From NCBI GenBank assembly GCA_028704555.1, contig JAQWFD010000008.1:14608-78607 (forward strand): a stretch of 64,000 nucleotides of DNA, read 5' to 3'. The position numbers and the translations under genes were made by a program. Of this stretch, positions 47,291 through 58,694 are shown in pieces. The notes under the pieces are model-generated. The model saw only the letters and a program-made list of their open reading frames with translations, was not told the origin of the DNA and did no database searches. This DNA comes from Desulfobacterales bacterium. Lineage in GTDB: Bacteria > Desulfobacterota > Desulfobacteria > Desulfobacterales > JAQWFD01. Each line of letters starts with the position of its first letter. The stretch's first letter is position 1.

Positions 47291-49156
47291 CTATTCCAGC
47301 TCTCTGTCCAGCTGATCAAGCAGGACGTCATATTGTTTTTTTTCCGTTTCATACAATTCAGTCGATTTCTCCAGTTCATCAAACAAACGTTCGATGTCTG
47401 CCTGATACCGATGCATATCCCGTGACAGGGATGCGATCTTTTTGCCATCCTGCGCCTGGGACGCTTCCACCATGGCGGCATTGAGTTTGTCGAGTTTTTC
47501 TTCGCTTGCTTCTATCCCTTTTTCAGCCTTTTCAATCCGCTGCCCGAAAGGCTTCAATATTCTGGACCGTTCCCCAATAATCTCGGAACGACGCCGCCGC
47601 ATTTCTTTTCTGGACAATTTCATCGTTTCAGTCTGATCCGCAGCTTTCTCACGGGACCGGGTGTCTGTGATTTCCTCTTCCCAGCCGCATTTTTCCAGAA
47701 ATTGCTGATAATTTCCTTCAAACACGTCAATGCGACTGCCCTGGAACACAATCAGTCGCTCAGCAATCGCTTGAAGAAACATCTCGTTATGGGTCACCAT
47801 GATGACGGTTCCGTCAAAGTTATCGATGGCCGCAAGCAGTGCATCACAGGATTCCATGTCAAAGTGATTGGTCGGTTCATCCAGCAGCAGAAGATTCAGC
47901 GGGGTGATCAGAAGTTTCCCCAGCATCACCCGGCTTTTTTCCCCGCCGGAAAGCACCTGAATTTTTTTCAGCGCCGCATCGCCTTCAAACATCATGGCAC
48001 CGCACACGTTTCGCGCCTGTTGTCGATCCACATCCTCATGAGAATACAAAATTTCATCCTCAATCGTCCGGTTTCTGTCCAGCGTTTCGACATTGGTCTG
48101 TTCAAATACTCCCATTTTAATATTGGGATTAAAAACGATCTCACCCTCCTGCAGCGGCAACATGCCGGCAATCAATTTGAGCAGAGTGGTCTTGCCCTTT
48201 CCGTTTTTTCCGATAATGCAGACGCGGTCCCGGTTACCGATGGACATGCTCAGATTGTCAATTACCGGTTGATCCGGTTCATATGAAAACGTCACATTAC
48301 GGATACTCAAAGCATTTTTCCCGGCATAGGGTACACACCGAAACGAGTAATCCAGGGCCTTGATTCTCTCGAGCTTATCCTGCCTGTCCATTTTCTCAAG
48401 CGTCTTGATCCGGGATTGAACCATTGTCGCAAGTCTTGCCTTTGCCCTGAACCGGGTGACAAACTGGGTAATCTCTTTTTCACGCCGCTGGTCATTGACC
48501 CGGGTCTTTTCGTATATTTCCTCGTCCAGGGCAATCTGCGAATAATATTTTCCGGTGTCCCCGGTTATCTTCCTGACTTTTTTACGGTGAATCCCGACGG
48601 TATGCGTCACCACTTTATCCACAAAGCTCCGGTCGTGGCTGATAAGTATCAGCTCCCGCGGCCAACTGTTCAAAAAGCCCTCGATCCACCGGATGGACAT
48701 GATATCCAGGTAATTGGTCGGCTCGTCCAGAAGCAACAGGTCCGGTTCCGAAACCAGCACCTTGACAAGATTCAGACGCACCTGAAATCCACCGGAAAAC
48801 TGGCCGGGAGGGCACTGCATATCTTCAGCGCTAAAGCCCAGACCTGCCAGTATTTTTTCCACTTTCCAGCAATGGTCCTTTTCTGATTCGGGAAGTCCTT
48901 TCATCCCCTCTTTGAGCACCGTATCTTCCGTAAACCCGAGTTGCTGGGGGAGATAGCCGATTCGATACCGTTTTGGGATACTGATCGTACCGGAATCATA
49001 AATTTCTTCACCGGTAATAATCCGGAACAGGGTTGTTTTTCCATGACCGTTCCGCCCCACAAGACCGATGCGCTCCTGTGAATTTACCTTAAAACTTATA
49101 TTTTCAAACAGGACCTGACTGCCATAACTTTTCGTAAGATTCTCGATATTAATCAT
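47291..49156 (-). CDS. ABC-F family ATPase (two ABC domains, C-terminal coiled coil)
   Basis: Walker A GRNGHGKTT and GKNGKGKTT. Signatures FSGGFQ and LSGGEK. No TM domain. Start at MINIENL. Confidence 0.9.
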   Translation of the reverse strand: MINIENLTKSYGSQVLFENISFKVNSQERIGLVGRNGHGKTTLFRIITGEEIYDSGTISIPKRYRIGYLPQQLGFTEDTVLKEGMKGLPESEKDHCWKVEKILAGLGFSAEDMQCPPGQFSGGFQVRLNLVKVLVSEPDLLLLDEPTNYLDIMSIRWIEGFLNSWPRELILISHDRSFVDKVVTHTVGIHRKKVRKITGDTGKYYSQIALDEEIYEKTRVNDQRREKEITQFVTRFRAKARLATMVQSRIKTLEKMDRQDKLERIKALDYSFRCVPYAGKNALSIRNVTFSYEPDQPVIDNLSMSIGNRDRVCIIGKNGKGKTTLLKLIAGMLPLQEGEIVFNPNIKMGVFEQTNVETLDRNRTIEDEILYSHEDVDRQQARNVCGAMMFEGDAALKKIQVLSGGEKSRVMLGKLLITPLNLLLLDEPTNHFDMESCDALLAAIDNFDGTVIMVTHNEMFLQAIAERLIVFQGSRIDVFEGNYQQFLEKCGWEEEITDTRSREKAADQTETMKLSRKEMRRRRSEIIGERSRILKPFGQRIEKAEKGIEASEEKLDKLNAAMVEASQAQDGKKIASLSRDMHRYQADIERLFDELEKSTELYETEKKQYDVLLDQLDRELE

Positions 49157-49684
49157 ATCATCATTTTTCCATTGAACTTTTTTCAATTTCTTAAAAAAAA
49201 ATCGAGCAGTTATCTGGCAAAAAATATCAACTCGCCACAAAGTCGCCGTGCGGCCCCATTCGATATTTTAGCGGACTGCCCTGCCGTATGCAAACCTGAT
49301 TATCGTAACATTGAAACGATTCACCGTAAAGCAAGTTTGGCTGAAACTCAACCCCAACGTTACATAAACAAAATTGTGAAAAATAACTGCCGTATCGGGG
49401 TATCACGAACGGTTCCGTCCATAATTCCATTAAAATCAACACGTTGATTATCATCCGGGAAGGCCGGGGTTAATAGCATCTGAACGAAAACTGCCAATTT
49501 CACTTTGCGGTGCATGATGGCCGCTCAGGATAAATTCGGTTTACAGGCCTGTTGGCACCTTGACCGTTTCATGCTTGTCTGATATTTGCTTTATTCTGAC
49601 GTGACAAAGCCGCTCTGGCGTTTCAATAGCCATAAGGATCCTCACCGCGGCCAATGTCCGAGCCTTATTGAAAGGAATACCGTT

Positions 49685-51259
49685 ATGCTGATTACCGATA
49701 TGCTGGCACGAAACGCCCGTATGTATGGAAATGAAATTGCGCTGGTCGAACGAGAGCCTGAAAAAAACCGACGCTCTGAAATAACCTGGAAAGAATTTGA
49801 CGAAAGTTCCAATCGCCTGGCCCATGCACTGATATCGATGGGAATCCGAAAAGGCGACCGGGTCGTACAGCTGATGACCAACTGCCTTGAATGGCTGCCC
49901 ATCTACTTTGGAGTTCTTCGAACCGGCGCCTGGGCAGTTCCGTTAAACTTTCGATTTGTCGCAACGACTATCCGGAGATGTGCGGAAACCGCCGAAGCCA
50001 AAGCAATCATCTTCGGAGAAGAATTCACGGAACGAATCAATTTCATTAAACCGGAGCTTGACCAGTTTGTCCAAATCTACATATTTACCGGTCCAAAGGA
50101 ACGCTGCCCGGAGTATGCCCGGTCCTATCATAAATTAATCCTCGGCCAACCGGCAACAGCGCCTCTCGTTGATATCAGCATCACCGATGATGCAGCGCTT
50201 TATTTTACATCCGGAACTACCGGTAATCCAAAGGCGGCATTACTCACCCACCGGAATCTGGAATTTGCCTGCTTTGTCGAAAACAATCATCACCGCCAGA
50301 CCCATCAGGACAATTTTTTGATCCTGCCCCCGCTGTATCATACGGGAGCAAAAATGCACTGGTTCGGCAATCTGATGGTCGGGGCTAAAGCGGTCCTCCT
50401 GAAGGGAATTGATCCGGCATGGATTCTGGAAGCAGTATCAGAAGAGCATGTAACCATCGTGTGGCTACTGGTCCCGTGGGCGCTGGACATCCTCTTTGCC
50501 ATTGAAAGCGGAGACCTCAAGCTTAAAAACTTCAAGCTGGACCAATGGCGACTGATGCATATCGGCGCACAGCCCGTTCCCCCGAGCCTGGTCATTGAAT
50601 GGAAAAGGATTTTCCCCCACCATCAATACGATACCAACTACGGGCTGACCGAATCCTCAGGACCGGGCTGCATTCATCTAGGGCTGGAAAACATCGACAG
50701 CGTCGGCGCGATCGGGATACCCGGTTTCGACTGGGAATTTAAAATCACCGACGCCGGACTCAAACCGGTAGACCGGGGACAGCCCGGAGAATTGATGATA
50801 AAAGGGCCCGGCATAATGAAAGAATATTATAAAAATCCGGAAGCCACGCACAGCGCGCTGGTCGACGGCTGGCTTTTGACGGGCGATATCGCCCGTCAGG
50901 ATGAAAATGGATTCATCTGGCTGGTTGACCGGAAAAAAGATGTCATCATCACCGGCGGTGAAAACATCTATCCGGTCGAAATCGAAGATTTTCTCCAATC
51001 CCATCCCGACATTCAGGATGTGGCGGTTATCGGCCTTCCCAGTCCACGGTTAGGAGAGATTGCCACAGCCATAGTCCAGACAAAACCAGAACGATCTCTG
51101 ACGGTGGAAAGCATCAATGAATTCTGTATGGCGCTTGCCAGATACAAACGCCCGCGCCGTATCATTTTTGCCAATGTCCCGCGCAATCCGACCGGTAAAA
51201 TCGAAAAACCGAAGCTCAGAAAAAAATATGGCGGGATAACGGAAAGCTTTAAAATTTAG
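49685..51259 (+). CDS. AMP-dependent acyl-CoA synthetase/ligase
   Basis: YFTSGTTGNPKA AMP-binding motif, YGLTE, GWLLTGD, and a C-terminal PRNPTGKIEK. Start at MLITDML with RBS aaagga. Confidence 0.9.
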   Translation: MLITDMLARNARMYGNEIALVEREPEKNRRSEITWKEFDESSNRLAHALISMGIRKGDRVVQLMTNCLEWLPIYFGVLRTGAWAVPLNFRFVATTIRRCAETAEAKAIIFGEEFTERINFIKPELDQFVQIYIFTGPKERCPEYARSYHKLILGQPATAPLVDISITDDAALYFTSGTTGNPKAALLTHRNLEFACFVENNHHRQTHQDNFLILPPLYHTGAKMHWFGNLMVGAKAVLLKGIDPAWILEAVSEEHVTIVWLLVPWALDILFAIESGDLKLKNFKLDQWRLMHIGAQPVPPSLVIEWKRIFPHHQYDTNYGLTESSGPGCIHLGLENIDSVGAIGIPGFDWEFKITDAGLKPVDRGQPGELMIKGPGIMKEYYKNPEATHSALVDGWLLTGDIARQDENGFIWLVDRKKDVIITGGENIYPVEIEDFLQSHPDIQDVAVIGLPSPRLGEIATAIVQTKPERSLTVESINEFCMALARYKRPRRIIFANVPRNPTGKIEKPKLRKKYGGITESFKI

Positions 51260-51279
51260 TTCGATGCAAGACTGCCTAT

Positions 51280-51321
51280 AAAAAAGCCCCGGTGGCCATT
51301 CGGCCATCGGGGCTTTTTTTT
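51280..51321. terminator. Bidirectional terminator between the acyl-CoA synthetase gene and dnaK
   Basis: aaaaaagccccggtggcc-attc-ggccatcggggctttttttt. Confidence 0.85.
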
Positions 51322-51341
51322 AACACATTCTAACGAATTTA

Positions 51342-53273
51342 TTATTTTTTATCATCTTTGACTTCTTCAAAATCCGCATCGACCACGTCTTCGTCACCAC
51401 CGGCTCCGCCGCCGGCAGCCTGATCCTTTGCTCCGGCGCCTTCTCCTCCGGCCTGCCCGCCTGCCTGAGTTGCCTGCTGATACACGGCTTCGGCCAGCTT
51501 ATGAGATACCTGAGTCAATTCTTCGCTCAGCCGCTTGATCTCTTCAATATCAGTGCCTTCCATGGCCTTTTTCAGGCGAGTGCTGACGGCATCAACCTTG
51601 TCCTTTGTTTCACTGTCGACCTTATCGCCGAGTTCCTTGATGGACTTCTCGGATGAATAAATCAACGCGTCGGCCGTATTTCTGACTTCCACCAGTTCTT
51701 TCTTCTTTTTATCCTCATCGGCATGAAGCTCGGCATCCTTGACCAGGTTGTTAACCTCATCTTTGCTCAGCCCGCTGGTCGCCGTAATTCTGACCGACTG
51801 TTCCTTTCCGGTTGCCAGATCCTTTGCGGATACATTCACGATCCCATTGGCATCGATATCAAATGTCACTTCGATCTGGGGAACGCCTCTCGGAGCCGGC
51901 GGGAGACCGACCAGCTCAAACCGTCCGAGCGTCTTGTTGCCTGCCGCCATCTCACGTTCCCCCTGAATGACATGAATGGATACGGCAGGCTGATTGTCAG
52001 CTGCTGTTGAAAACACCTGACTTTTCCGGGTAGGAATGGTGGTATTTCTTTCAATCAGCCGGGTCATAACGCCACCCAGCGTCTCAATTCCGAGAGACAG
52101 CGGGGTTACATCCAGAAGGAGTACGTCCTTAACATCCCCTTTAAGCACACCGCCCTGAATACCGGCGCCGAGGGCTACCACTTCGTCCGGATTGACACTC
52201 TTATTGGGTTCTTTACCGTATATCTGTTTGACTCGCGCCTGAACAGCAGGCATCCTCGTCATACCGCCGACAAGAATCACCTCATCGATATCCTTTGCCG
52301 AAAGGCCGGCATCCTTCAGCGCTGCCCGGCATGGGCCTTCAAGCTTGTCCAGCAGATCAGCGACCATATTTTCGAGCTTGGTTCTGGTAATTTTTATGTT
52401 CAAGTGTTTCGGACCGCTGGCATCGGCTGTAATAAACGGAAGGTTCACATCGGTTTCCATGGAAGTGGACAGTTCCATCTTGGCTTTTTCCGCTGCCTCT
52501 TTCAGCCGTTGCAGCGCCATTTTATCGGATCTCAGATCGATACCCTGCTCTTTTTTGAATTCACCTGCCAGGTAATCAATGAGACGAAGATCGAAATCCT
52601 CGCCGCCCAGATGGGTATCACCATTGGTTGATTTGACTTCAAAAACCCCTTCTCCGATCTCGAGAATGGAGATATCGAATGTACCGCCACCAAGGTCAAA
52701 TACGGCAATCTTTTCTTCCGCCTTTTTGTCCAGGCCATAAGACAGGGCTGCGGCTGTCGGTTCATTGATGATCCTGAGCACATTAAGCCCGGCAATTTTT
52801 CCGGCATCTTTGGTTGCCTGGCGCTGGCTGTCATCAAAATAAGCCGGCACGGTGATAACCGCATCCGTTACTGTTTCCCCGAGATATTCTTCCGCGGTTT
52901 TTCTCAGGTTCGACAATATGTACGATGAAATTTCCGCGGGACTGGCCTGTTTTCCGTTCAAATTAATGCGCACATCGCCGTTGGATGCTTCTTCAATTTT
53001 GAATGGAAGAATTTTGATATCGTTCTGTACCTGCGCAGACCTATACTTTCGACCAATGAGTCGTTTCACGCCAAAAACGGTATTTTCCGGATTAGTAATA
53101 GCCTGTCGTTTCGCAATCTGGCCCACAAGGCGTTCACCGCTGCTTGAAACCGCAACTACCGAAGGGGTGGTCCGTCCGCCTTCGGGATTGGTAATGACTT
53201 TTACTTCCCCGCCCTCCATAACTGCCACGCATGAATTTGTGGTACCCAAGTCGATTCCTATAACCTTGCCCAT
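51342..53273 (-). CDS. dnaK: Hsp70 chaperone DnaK
   Basis: 643 aa. GIDLGTTNS and the rest of the sequence are canonical. Confidence 0.98.
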   Translation of the reverse strand: MGKVIGIDLGTTNSCVAVMEGGEVKVITNPEGGRTTPSVVAVSSSGERLVGQIAKRQAITNPENTVFGVKRLIGRKYRSAQVQNDIKILPFKIEEASNGDVRINLNGKQASPAEISSYILSNLRKTAEEYLGETVTDAVITVPAYFDDSQRQATKDAGKIAGLNVLRIINEPTAAALSYGLDKKAEEKIAVFDLGGGTFDISILEIGEGVFEVKSTNGDTHLGGEDFDLRLIDYLAGEFKKEQGIDLRSDKMALQRLKEAAEKAKMELSTSMETDVNLPFITADASGPKHLNIKITRTKLENMVADLLDKLEGPCRAALKDAGLSAKDIDEVILVGGMTRMPAVQARVKQIYGKEPNKSVNPDEVVALGAGIQGGVLKGDVKDVLLLDVTPLSLGIETLGGVMTRLIERNTTIPTRKSQVFSTAADNQPAVSIHVIQGEREMAAGNKTLGRFELVGLPPAPRGVPQIEVTFDIDANGIVNVSAKDLATGKEQSVRITATSGLSKDEVNNLVKDAELHADEDKKKKELVEVRNTADALIYSSEKSIKELGDKVDSETKDKVDAVSTRLKKAMEGTDIEEIKRLSEELTQVSHKLAEAVYQQATQAGGQAGGEGAGAKDQAAGGGAGGDEDVVDADFEEVKDDKK

Positions 53274-53315
53274 TATTTTCCTCCTTAGATTCGTATCTAT
53301 ATAAAATTCATTTTA

Positions 53316-53966
53316 TTATTGTTCATTCTGCCGCTTTTCATCTTCTTCGCTTCGGGTTTTTCCGGCGGAGACAACAACCATGGCCGGTCTGAGCAGACGG
53401 TCATAAATCAGGTACCCCCTCTGAAACTCCTTTAACACCGTATTTTCAGGATAGTCACCGTTTTCTTCCTTCATCATTGCCTGATGGAAATTCGGATCAA
53501 ACGGCCTTTCAAGCGCATCAATGGGTTTGACACCAAATTTTTCAAATATTTTCAAAATCCCGCTCAGGGTCATTTCCACCCCCTGAACCAGACCGGAGCT
53601 ATCACAGGAGCCGCTGTCCGATGAGCCGACAGCCCGCTCAAGGTTATCAACAACGGTAAGAAGTTCCCTTAAAAGCGACTCGTTGGAATATTTCCTGAAC
53701 TCTTCCATTTCCCGGACGCCTCGTTTTTTATAGTTATCAAACTCTGCAGAAACCCTCAGCAACCGGTCATAAGTAGACTGCTTCTCCTGCCGCAGCTCTT
53801 CGATTACGGCCTCCAGCTCCTTTTCCCTGTTTTTTCCAGCAACGGCTTCAATTTCGACTTCGACAGAATCATCTTTTTCCTCAGTACCCGCTTGAGAAAG
53901 CGCCTCAGCCTCTTTAGTCAGCTTTTCAGCTTCCGCATATTTTTTTAACTTCTTTTTATCCGTCAT
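53316..53966 (-). CDS. grpE: Nucleotide exchange factor GrpE
   Basis: 216 aa. RVSAEFDNYKKR and a C-terminal beta-domain. Lies 42 bp upstream of dnaK. Confidence 0.95.
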   Translation of the reverse strand: MTDKKKLKKYAEAEKLTKEAEALSQAGTEEKDDSVEVEIEAVAGKNREKELEAVIEELRQEKQSTYDRLLRVSAEFDNYKKRGVREMEEFRKYSNESLLRELLTVVDNLERAVGSSDSGSCDSSGLVQGVEMTLSGILKIFEKFGVKPIDALERPFDPNFHQAMMKEENGDYPENTVLKEFQRGYLIYDRLLRPAMVVVSAGKTRSEEDEKRQNEQ

Positions 53967-54633
53967 CAGCTAATGTTCTCTCCTGATTCGTCTACACGAA
54001 TAATTCGTTTTATCGGTTTATCATAATGTCTTATTCATGAAGCCATCGACACCATTAAACAAAATATTTACATTCCATGACTTGAATCAAACATATCTGG
54101 CTATCAGAGCAACAACCGGCAAAGCGCAACATATTGAATGAAGCTGTCAACAGAACCAGATGTTCACACTGCCGACATATCTATGCCATGGTCTCCCATG
54201 GCATATACAAATTAAAGGATATATAACCTGTTACAATGCACAAAAAATAATACTGTATAACGTGTTGTCAAGCTGACATTTTCTTCTTTTATGCCCGTGC
54301 CTTATTTTTTCAAACAAGGCTGTCAATTTCAGAAAATATGATTTGGCATGAGATGCTTGAGAGTCAGTCAGTCATCATGGTGCTGAAACGGTCAGAAACG
54401 AGCCCAACCGCCGTTTCTGTCCATCTTTGAAGAAATGACCGAACGGTTATGCGGCGGTTCGGTTGAAGAGGGTCATCCGGAAATGAAACTGCTTTTTTAC
54501 ATGTTCAGTGGATATGGCAAGAATATCGCGCGCAGGAATGTAATATACAACTTCGAAACCTGGCATTTTAGTGTGCAGCTGAAATTTGCAACGACAATTT
54601 CAGTCTTATACGGAGAAAAAGAATCTGAATGGT

Positions 54634-54667
54634 AAAAAAATTCGATTGTGCACCCCCTGTCGAATTC
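54634..54667 (-). terminator. Rho-independent terminator of the SRP RNA gene
   Basis: On the minus strand: attcga-cagggggtgcacaa-tcgaat followed by ttttttt. Confidence 0.6.
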
Positions 54668-54682
54668 TTTCTGAATCGGATA

Positions 54683-54799
54683 AGCCATATCCTTAACCGG
54701 GATCGATCCACGACACAGACCGCATCACTTATCGCTGCTTCCTTCCGGACCTGACGAAGTTCGCGACCGTCTGTTGCGCGGCGACCGATCAGGATGGCT
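54683..54799 (-). ncRNA. ffs: Signal recognition particle RNA (4.5S type)
   Basis: The minus strand contains GTCAGGTCCGGAAGGAAGCAGC (plus-strand 54734-55), identical to the E. coli 4.5S domain IV core with the GGAA tetraloop. It is embedded in an imperfect hairpin of about 117 nt (agccatcct...gatcgg / ...gatcgatcc...atatggct). End coordinates are approximate, within about 10 nt. Confidence 0.8.
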
Positions 54800-55093
54800 G
54801 TCACTTTCAGAAAAAACCCTATAGGGGGAATTCAGCCCCGCATAAAGCGGATTTCGGGTACAGGAAACCGCTAACTCCCCGCCTAGCACAACCGAACCTG
54901 AACTATACCGCCGGGTTATTTTTTTTTCAAGAGCAAACCTGATGATTCTTCAAAAATCTTCCCGCTTTCAGGCCTCTCAAATCCGTATCTACACCCGGAT
55001 GTCAACCCATAAAATGCGGCAGTCTGAATCAAGAATATACCATATATATATGATATATACGCATAAACCAAGAAAACACGCCCGGGTTTTGTA

Positions 55094-55122
55094 TTGACAG
55101 AAACCGGTCCTTACCTTATAAA
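55094..55122 (+). promoter_or_regulatory. Sigma70-like promoter candidate upstream of tilS-ftsH
   Basis: TTGACA (55094-55099), 17-nt spacer, TATAAA (55117-55122), about 190 nt before the tilS ATG. Confidence 0.4.
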
Positions 55123-55308
55123 TAACAGGGTTTATTACTAACAATAATGAATAAACATCATCATTGTTCGCTCTCTTAATGAATAAAAACGAATCTATTT
55201 TTGTCTACGGCATCGATAATGCCCCGGTTAAACGATACCCCTGAAGACGCCGAAACAGTTATCTGCCTTATCACCATACGCTGGTATAAACTCTTTTTGA
55301 GCTGATTC

Positions 55309-56760
55309 ATGCCTGAATCTCAAAAAAAATCCGACAACCTCATTATTGGCATCGTCGAGAACACCATTGAAACCTGCCGCATGCTCAATCCGGGCGATTC
55401 GATCCTCGTCGGGGTATCCGGCGGACCTGATTCCGTGGCCTTGTTAAGCATCCTTCTTGATTTCGTCTCCCCTTTGCATCTCAGCCGAATTGGCGTGGCG
55501 CACCTGAACCACAGTCTGAGAGGGGATCAATCCGATCGGGACGCTGCTTTTGTAGAGGATCTCAGCCACCGGTTTGGCCTGCCCTGTCATACGGCAAAAA
55601 AAGATGTAATTCAGCATCAACGCCTTCATAAAATCTCTCTGGAGGAGGCTGCCAGACAGGTCCGTTACGGATTTTATCATGATATTGCGCAACAGTACGG
55701 ATATAACAAAATCGCGTTGGGACATCATGCGGACGACAATGCCGAACTGATATTGATGTATCTGCTGAGGGGCAGCGGAAATTGTGGTCTGTCCGGCATC
55801 CCCCCCGTCAGGGATAATCATATCATCAGGCCCTTGATTCGCCTGACCCGTTCCGATATCATGAATTACCTGACCCGTAAAAATCTTGCCTATGTAACCG
55901 ATGCATCCAATGAAGACATTCGATTCATGAGAAACAGCATCCGGCATCGGTTAATACCGATGCTGAAAACCGAATACAACCCAAAAATCAGTCAGGCGCT
56001 CAATCGGCTGGGGTCAATCGCTTCATGCGAAAACGAATGGATGGATCACATCATAAGGCCCTTATATCATCAGGCGTTGATAAGTTCAGTGCCCGGCAGG
56101 GTTGTCTTTTCGGCTTTTCAACTGAAAAAGATCCACCTTGCCGCCCTGAGAAGAATATTACGAAAGGCAATCAACGATTTAAAAGGCAGTTTAAGGCGAA
56201 TCAGTTATACCCATATTGACGAAGCCGTCTCACTCCTTATAAATGGCCCGGCAAGCGGGAGTATCGATCTGCCCGATCGCATCCGGATAACAAAAGCTCC
56301 GGAGCAATTGATCATTATCAGGGAAACCGGTGGCTTAAGACAAATAAAAGCCCGTACCGTACCGGATTACGAATACAGCATCCCTGGGCCCGGAACCGTC
56401 ACAATTCAGGAAACCGGGGCAACCTTCAGGCTTTGCCCGGTTAGCCTTCGTGACATTCCCGACGGATGTGTGTCTGGACCTCAGGTGGCTTTTTTTGATA
56501 TGAACATGATTAAATTTCCTCTGGTGATAAGGAATTTCCGTCCCGGAGATTATTTTATCCCCCTGGGGATGACAGGCAGCCAGAAAGTTAAAAAATTTTT
56601 TATCAATCACAAGGTATCCAGACCTGGACGGGCCAAATGCCCGCTCCTTCTCAACCGGAATAAAATCATCTGGATTGCCGGCTATCGAACCGATGAGTCA
56701 GCGAAGATCACGCCGCACACAAAAGATGTGTTGAAAATAGAATTTTCCGTTGCCTTATGA
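55309..56760 (+). CDS. tilS: tRNA(Ile)-lysidine synthase
   Basis: PP-loop VGVSGGPDSVAL, with TilS substrate and C-terminal domains. 483 aa. Confidence 0.9.
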   Translation: MPESQKKSDNLIIGIVENTIETCRMLNPGDSILVGVSGGPDSVALLSILLDFVSPLHLSRIGVAHLNHSLRGDQSDRDAAFVEDLSHRFGLPCHTAKKDVIQHQRLHKISLEEAARQVRYGFYHDIAQQYGYNKIALGHHADDNAELILMYLLRGSGNCGLSGIPPVRDNHIIRPLIRLTRSDIMNYLTRKNLAYVTDASNEDIRFMRNSIRHRLIPMLKTEYNPKISQALNRLGSIASCENEWMDHIIRPLYHQALISSVPGRVVFSAFQLKKIHLAALRRILRKAINDLKGSLRRISYTHIDEAVSLLINGPASGSIDLPDRIRITKAPEQLIIIRETGGLRQIKARTVPDYEYSIPGPGTVTIQETGATFRLCPVSLRDIPDGCVSGPQVAFFDMNMIKFPLVIRNFRPGDYFIPLGMTGSQKVKKFFINHKVSRPGRAKCPLLLNRNKIIWIAGYRTDESAKITPHTKDVLKIEFSVAL

Positions 56761-56815
56761 TTAAAAATGATTATTCTATACAAAAAATTTAATTTTATTC
56801 GGGAGGTAATATCAT

Positions 56816-58684
56816 TTGAATCCATTCTATAAAAATCTTGCGTTATGGATTGTAGTCACACTGATGATGGTCATGCTCTATAACCTGTTTAACCAGCAGC
56901 AGTTATCCGACGCCAGCATCAGCTATACCGATTTTCTCGGCATGGTTGAAAACGAGAATGTGTCAGAGGTCCTCATCAAAGGGCAGGAGCTTTACATCAC
57001 CAACTCCAATGGGAACCGGTTCAAGGTGTTTGCTCCTCAGGACAGTGACCTGATCGGCATTCTCAGAAGCAAAGGTGTATCGATCAAAGCAAAACCGGTC
57101 GACGAATCTCCCTGGTATATGTCGGTGCTGGTATCATGGCTCCCGATGGTCGTATTGATCGGGGTATGGATTTTCTTCATGCGACAAATGCAATCCGGGG
57201 GAGGAAAAGCCCTTTCTTTCGGGAAAAGCCGTGCACGCCTCATGTCCGATCAATCCACCAAGATTACCTTTGCCGATGTGGCAGGCATTGACGAAGCAAA
57301 AGAAGAATTAGGAGAAATTGTCGAATTTCTGAAAGATCCGAAAAAATTTACCCGTCTGGGAGGAAGAATCCCAAAGGGGGTTCTGTTAATGGGGCCTCCA
57401 GGCACCGGGAAAACACTTCTGGCCCGTGCTATCGCCGGTGAAGCAGGCGTCCCGTTTTTCAGCATCAGCGGATCAGACTTTGTTGAAATGTTTGTCGGCG
57501 TCGGGGCATCGCGTGTCAGGGATCTGTTTGTTCAGGGAAAGAAAAGCGCACCCTGCATCATATTCATAGATGAAATCGATGCCGTTGGCCGACATCGGGG
57601 AGCCGGGTTAGGCGGCGGTCACGATGAACGGGAACAGACCCTGAACCAGCTGCTGGTAGAAATGGACGGGTTTGAATCCAATGAAGGCGTAATTCTCATA
57701 TCCGCTACCAACCGACCGGATGTTCTGGATCCCGCATTGCTTCGCCCCGGACGTTTTGATCGACAGGTGGTAGTCTCTTTGCCGGACATCAAAGGCAGAG
57801 AAATGATATTGAGGGTTCATATGAAAAAAAGCCCGATCGCTCCGGATGTCGACTCTCTGACCCTTGCAAAAGGAACACCCGGCTGCTCCGGTGCCGATCT
57901 GGAAAACCTTGTCAATGAGGCGGCGCTGCTGGCTGCCAAACGAAATAAAGAAAAAGTCGATATGATAGATTTTGAAGACGCGAAAGATAAAGTCTTCATG
58001 GGACTGGAACGAAAGTCCAAGGTCATCAAGGAAGAGGACCGGAAAACCACGGCATATCACGAAGGAGGCCATGCGCTGGTGGCGCGGTTTCTGCCTGAAA
58101 CCGACGCGGTAAATAAAATCACGATCATCCCCAGAGGGCATGCCGCCGGAATCACCTGGTTTCTGCCTGAGGAAAGAGATTTTAAATTCAAAGATCAGCT
58201 GGAAAGCGAACTGTCCGTGGCATTTGGCGGTCGCGTAGCTGAAGAACTCGTATTTAACAGGATCAGCACGGGAGCGGCAAACGATATCAAGCAGGCAACC
58301 CAGATCGCCCAGAAAATGATCCGGTCATGGGGAATGAGCGAAACGCTTGGCCCGCTTTCGTATGCACAGGGCGATGACCAAATCTTTTTAGCTCGTGAGA
58401 TTTCACAGCATCGGGACTACTCGGAAGAAACGGCAAAAAAGATTGACGCCGAAATTACCAGCCTCGCCAAACGCGCATATGACCGGGCCAAAGACGTTCT
58501 GAGCCAGAACCGGGATATATTGGACAAACTGACCGAATTGCTACTGGATAAAGAGACCGTTCTCGGCTCCGAAATGGATGATCTCATTCTGTCTCTCCGG
58601 CCCGGGATCAAGTTGCCTCCCAGGGGGGGAGCGGGCGATTCCAAATCGAAAAAAAATCTTCATGAGGAAGATACCGTTTTATAA
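56816..58684 (+). CDS. ftsH: ATP-dependent zinc metalloprotease FtsH
   Basis: TTG start with RBS gggagg. Two TM segments. AAA+ [13 protein letters not shown] zinc site. Confidence 0.97.
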   Translation: MNPFYKNLALWIVVTLMMVMLYNLFNQQQLSDASISYTDFLGMVENENVSEVLIKGQELYITNSNGNRFKVFAPQDSDLIGILRSKGVSIKAKPVDESPWYMSVLVSWLPMVVLIGVWIFFMRQMQSGGGKALSFGKSRARLMSDQSTKITFADVAGIDEAKEELGEIVEFLKDPKKFTRLGGRIPKGVLLMGPPGTGKTLLARAIAGEAGVPFFSISGSDFVEMFVGVGASRVRDLFVQGKKSAPCIIFIDEIDAVGRHRGAGLGGGHDEREQTLNQLLVEMDGFESNEGVILISATNRPDVLDPALLRPGRFDRQVVVSLPDIKGREMILRVHMKKSPIAPDVDSLTLAKGTPGCSGADLENLVNEAALLAAKRNKEKVDMIDFEDAKDKVFMGLERKSKVIKEEDRKTTAYHEGGHALVARFLPETDAVNKITIIPRGHAAGITWFLPEERDFKFKDQLESELSVAFGGRVAEELVFNRISTGAANDIKQATQIAQKMIRSWGMSETLGPLSYAQGDDQIFLAREISQHRDYSEETAKKIDAEITSLAKRAYDRAKDVLSQNRDILDKLTELLLDKETVLGSEMDDLILSLRPGIKLPPRGGAGDSKSKKNLHEEDTVL

Positions 58685-58694
58685 AGCAGACAAC

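Noticed and set aside
49540-49580. Sigma54 promoter (TGGCAC-N5-TTGC) at ctgttGGCACcttgaccgtttc upstream of the acyl-CoA synthetase gene; similar weak hits near 25060 and 32250
   Set aside because: The -24 GG element is present, but the -12 TTGC/GC element is missing at the correct spacing in every case.
54830-54860. Minus-strand GGGGCTGA..., considered as a tmRNA 5' end
   Set aside because: Similarity ends after 8 nt. There is no tRNA-like 3' end (TTCGA..CCA), tag ORF or pseudoknots nearby.
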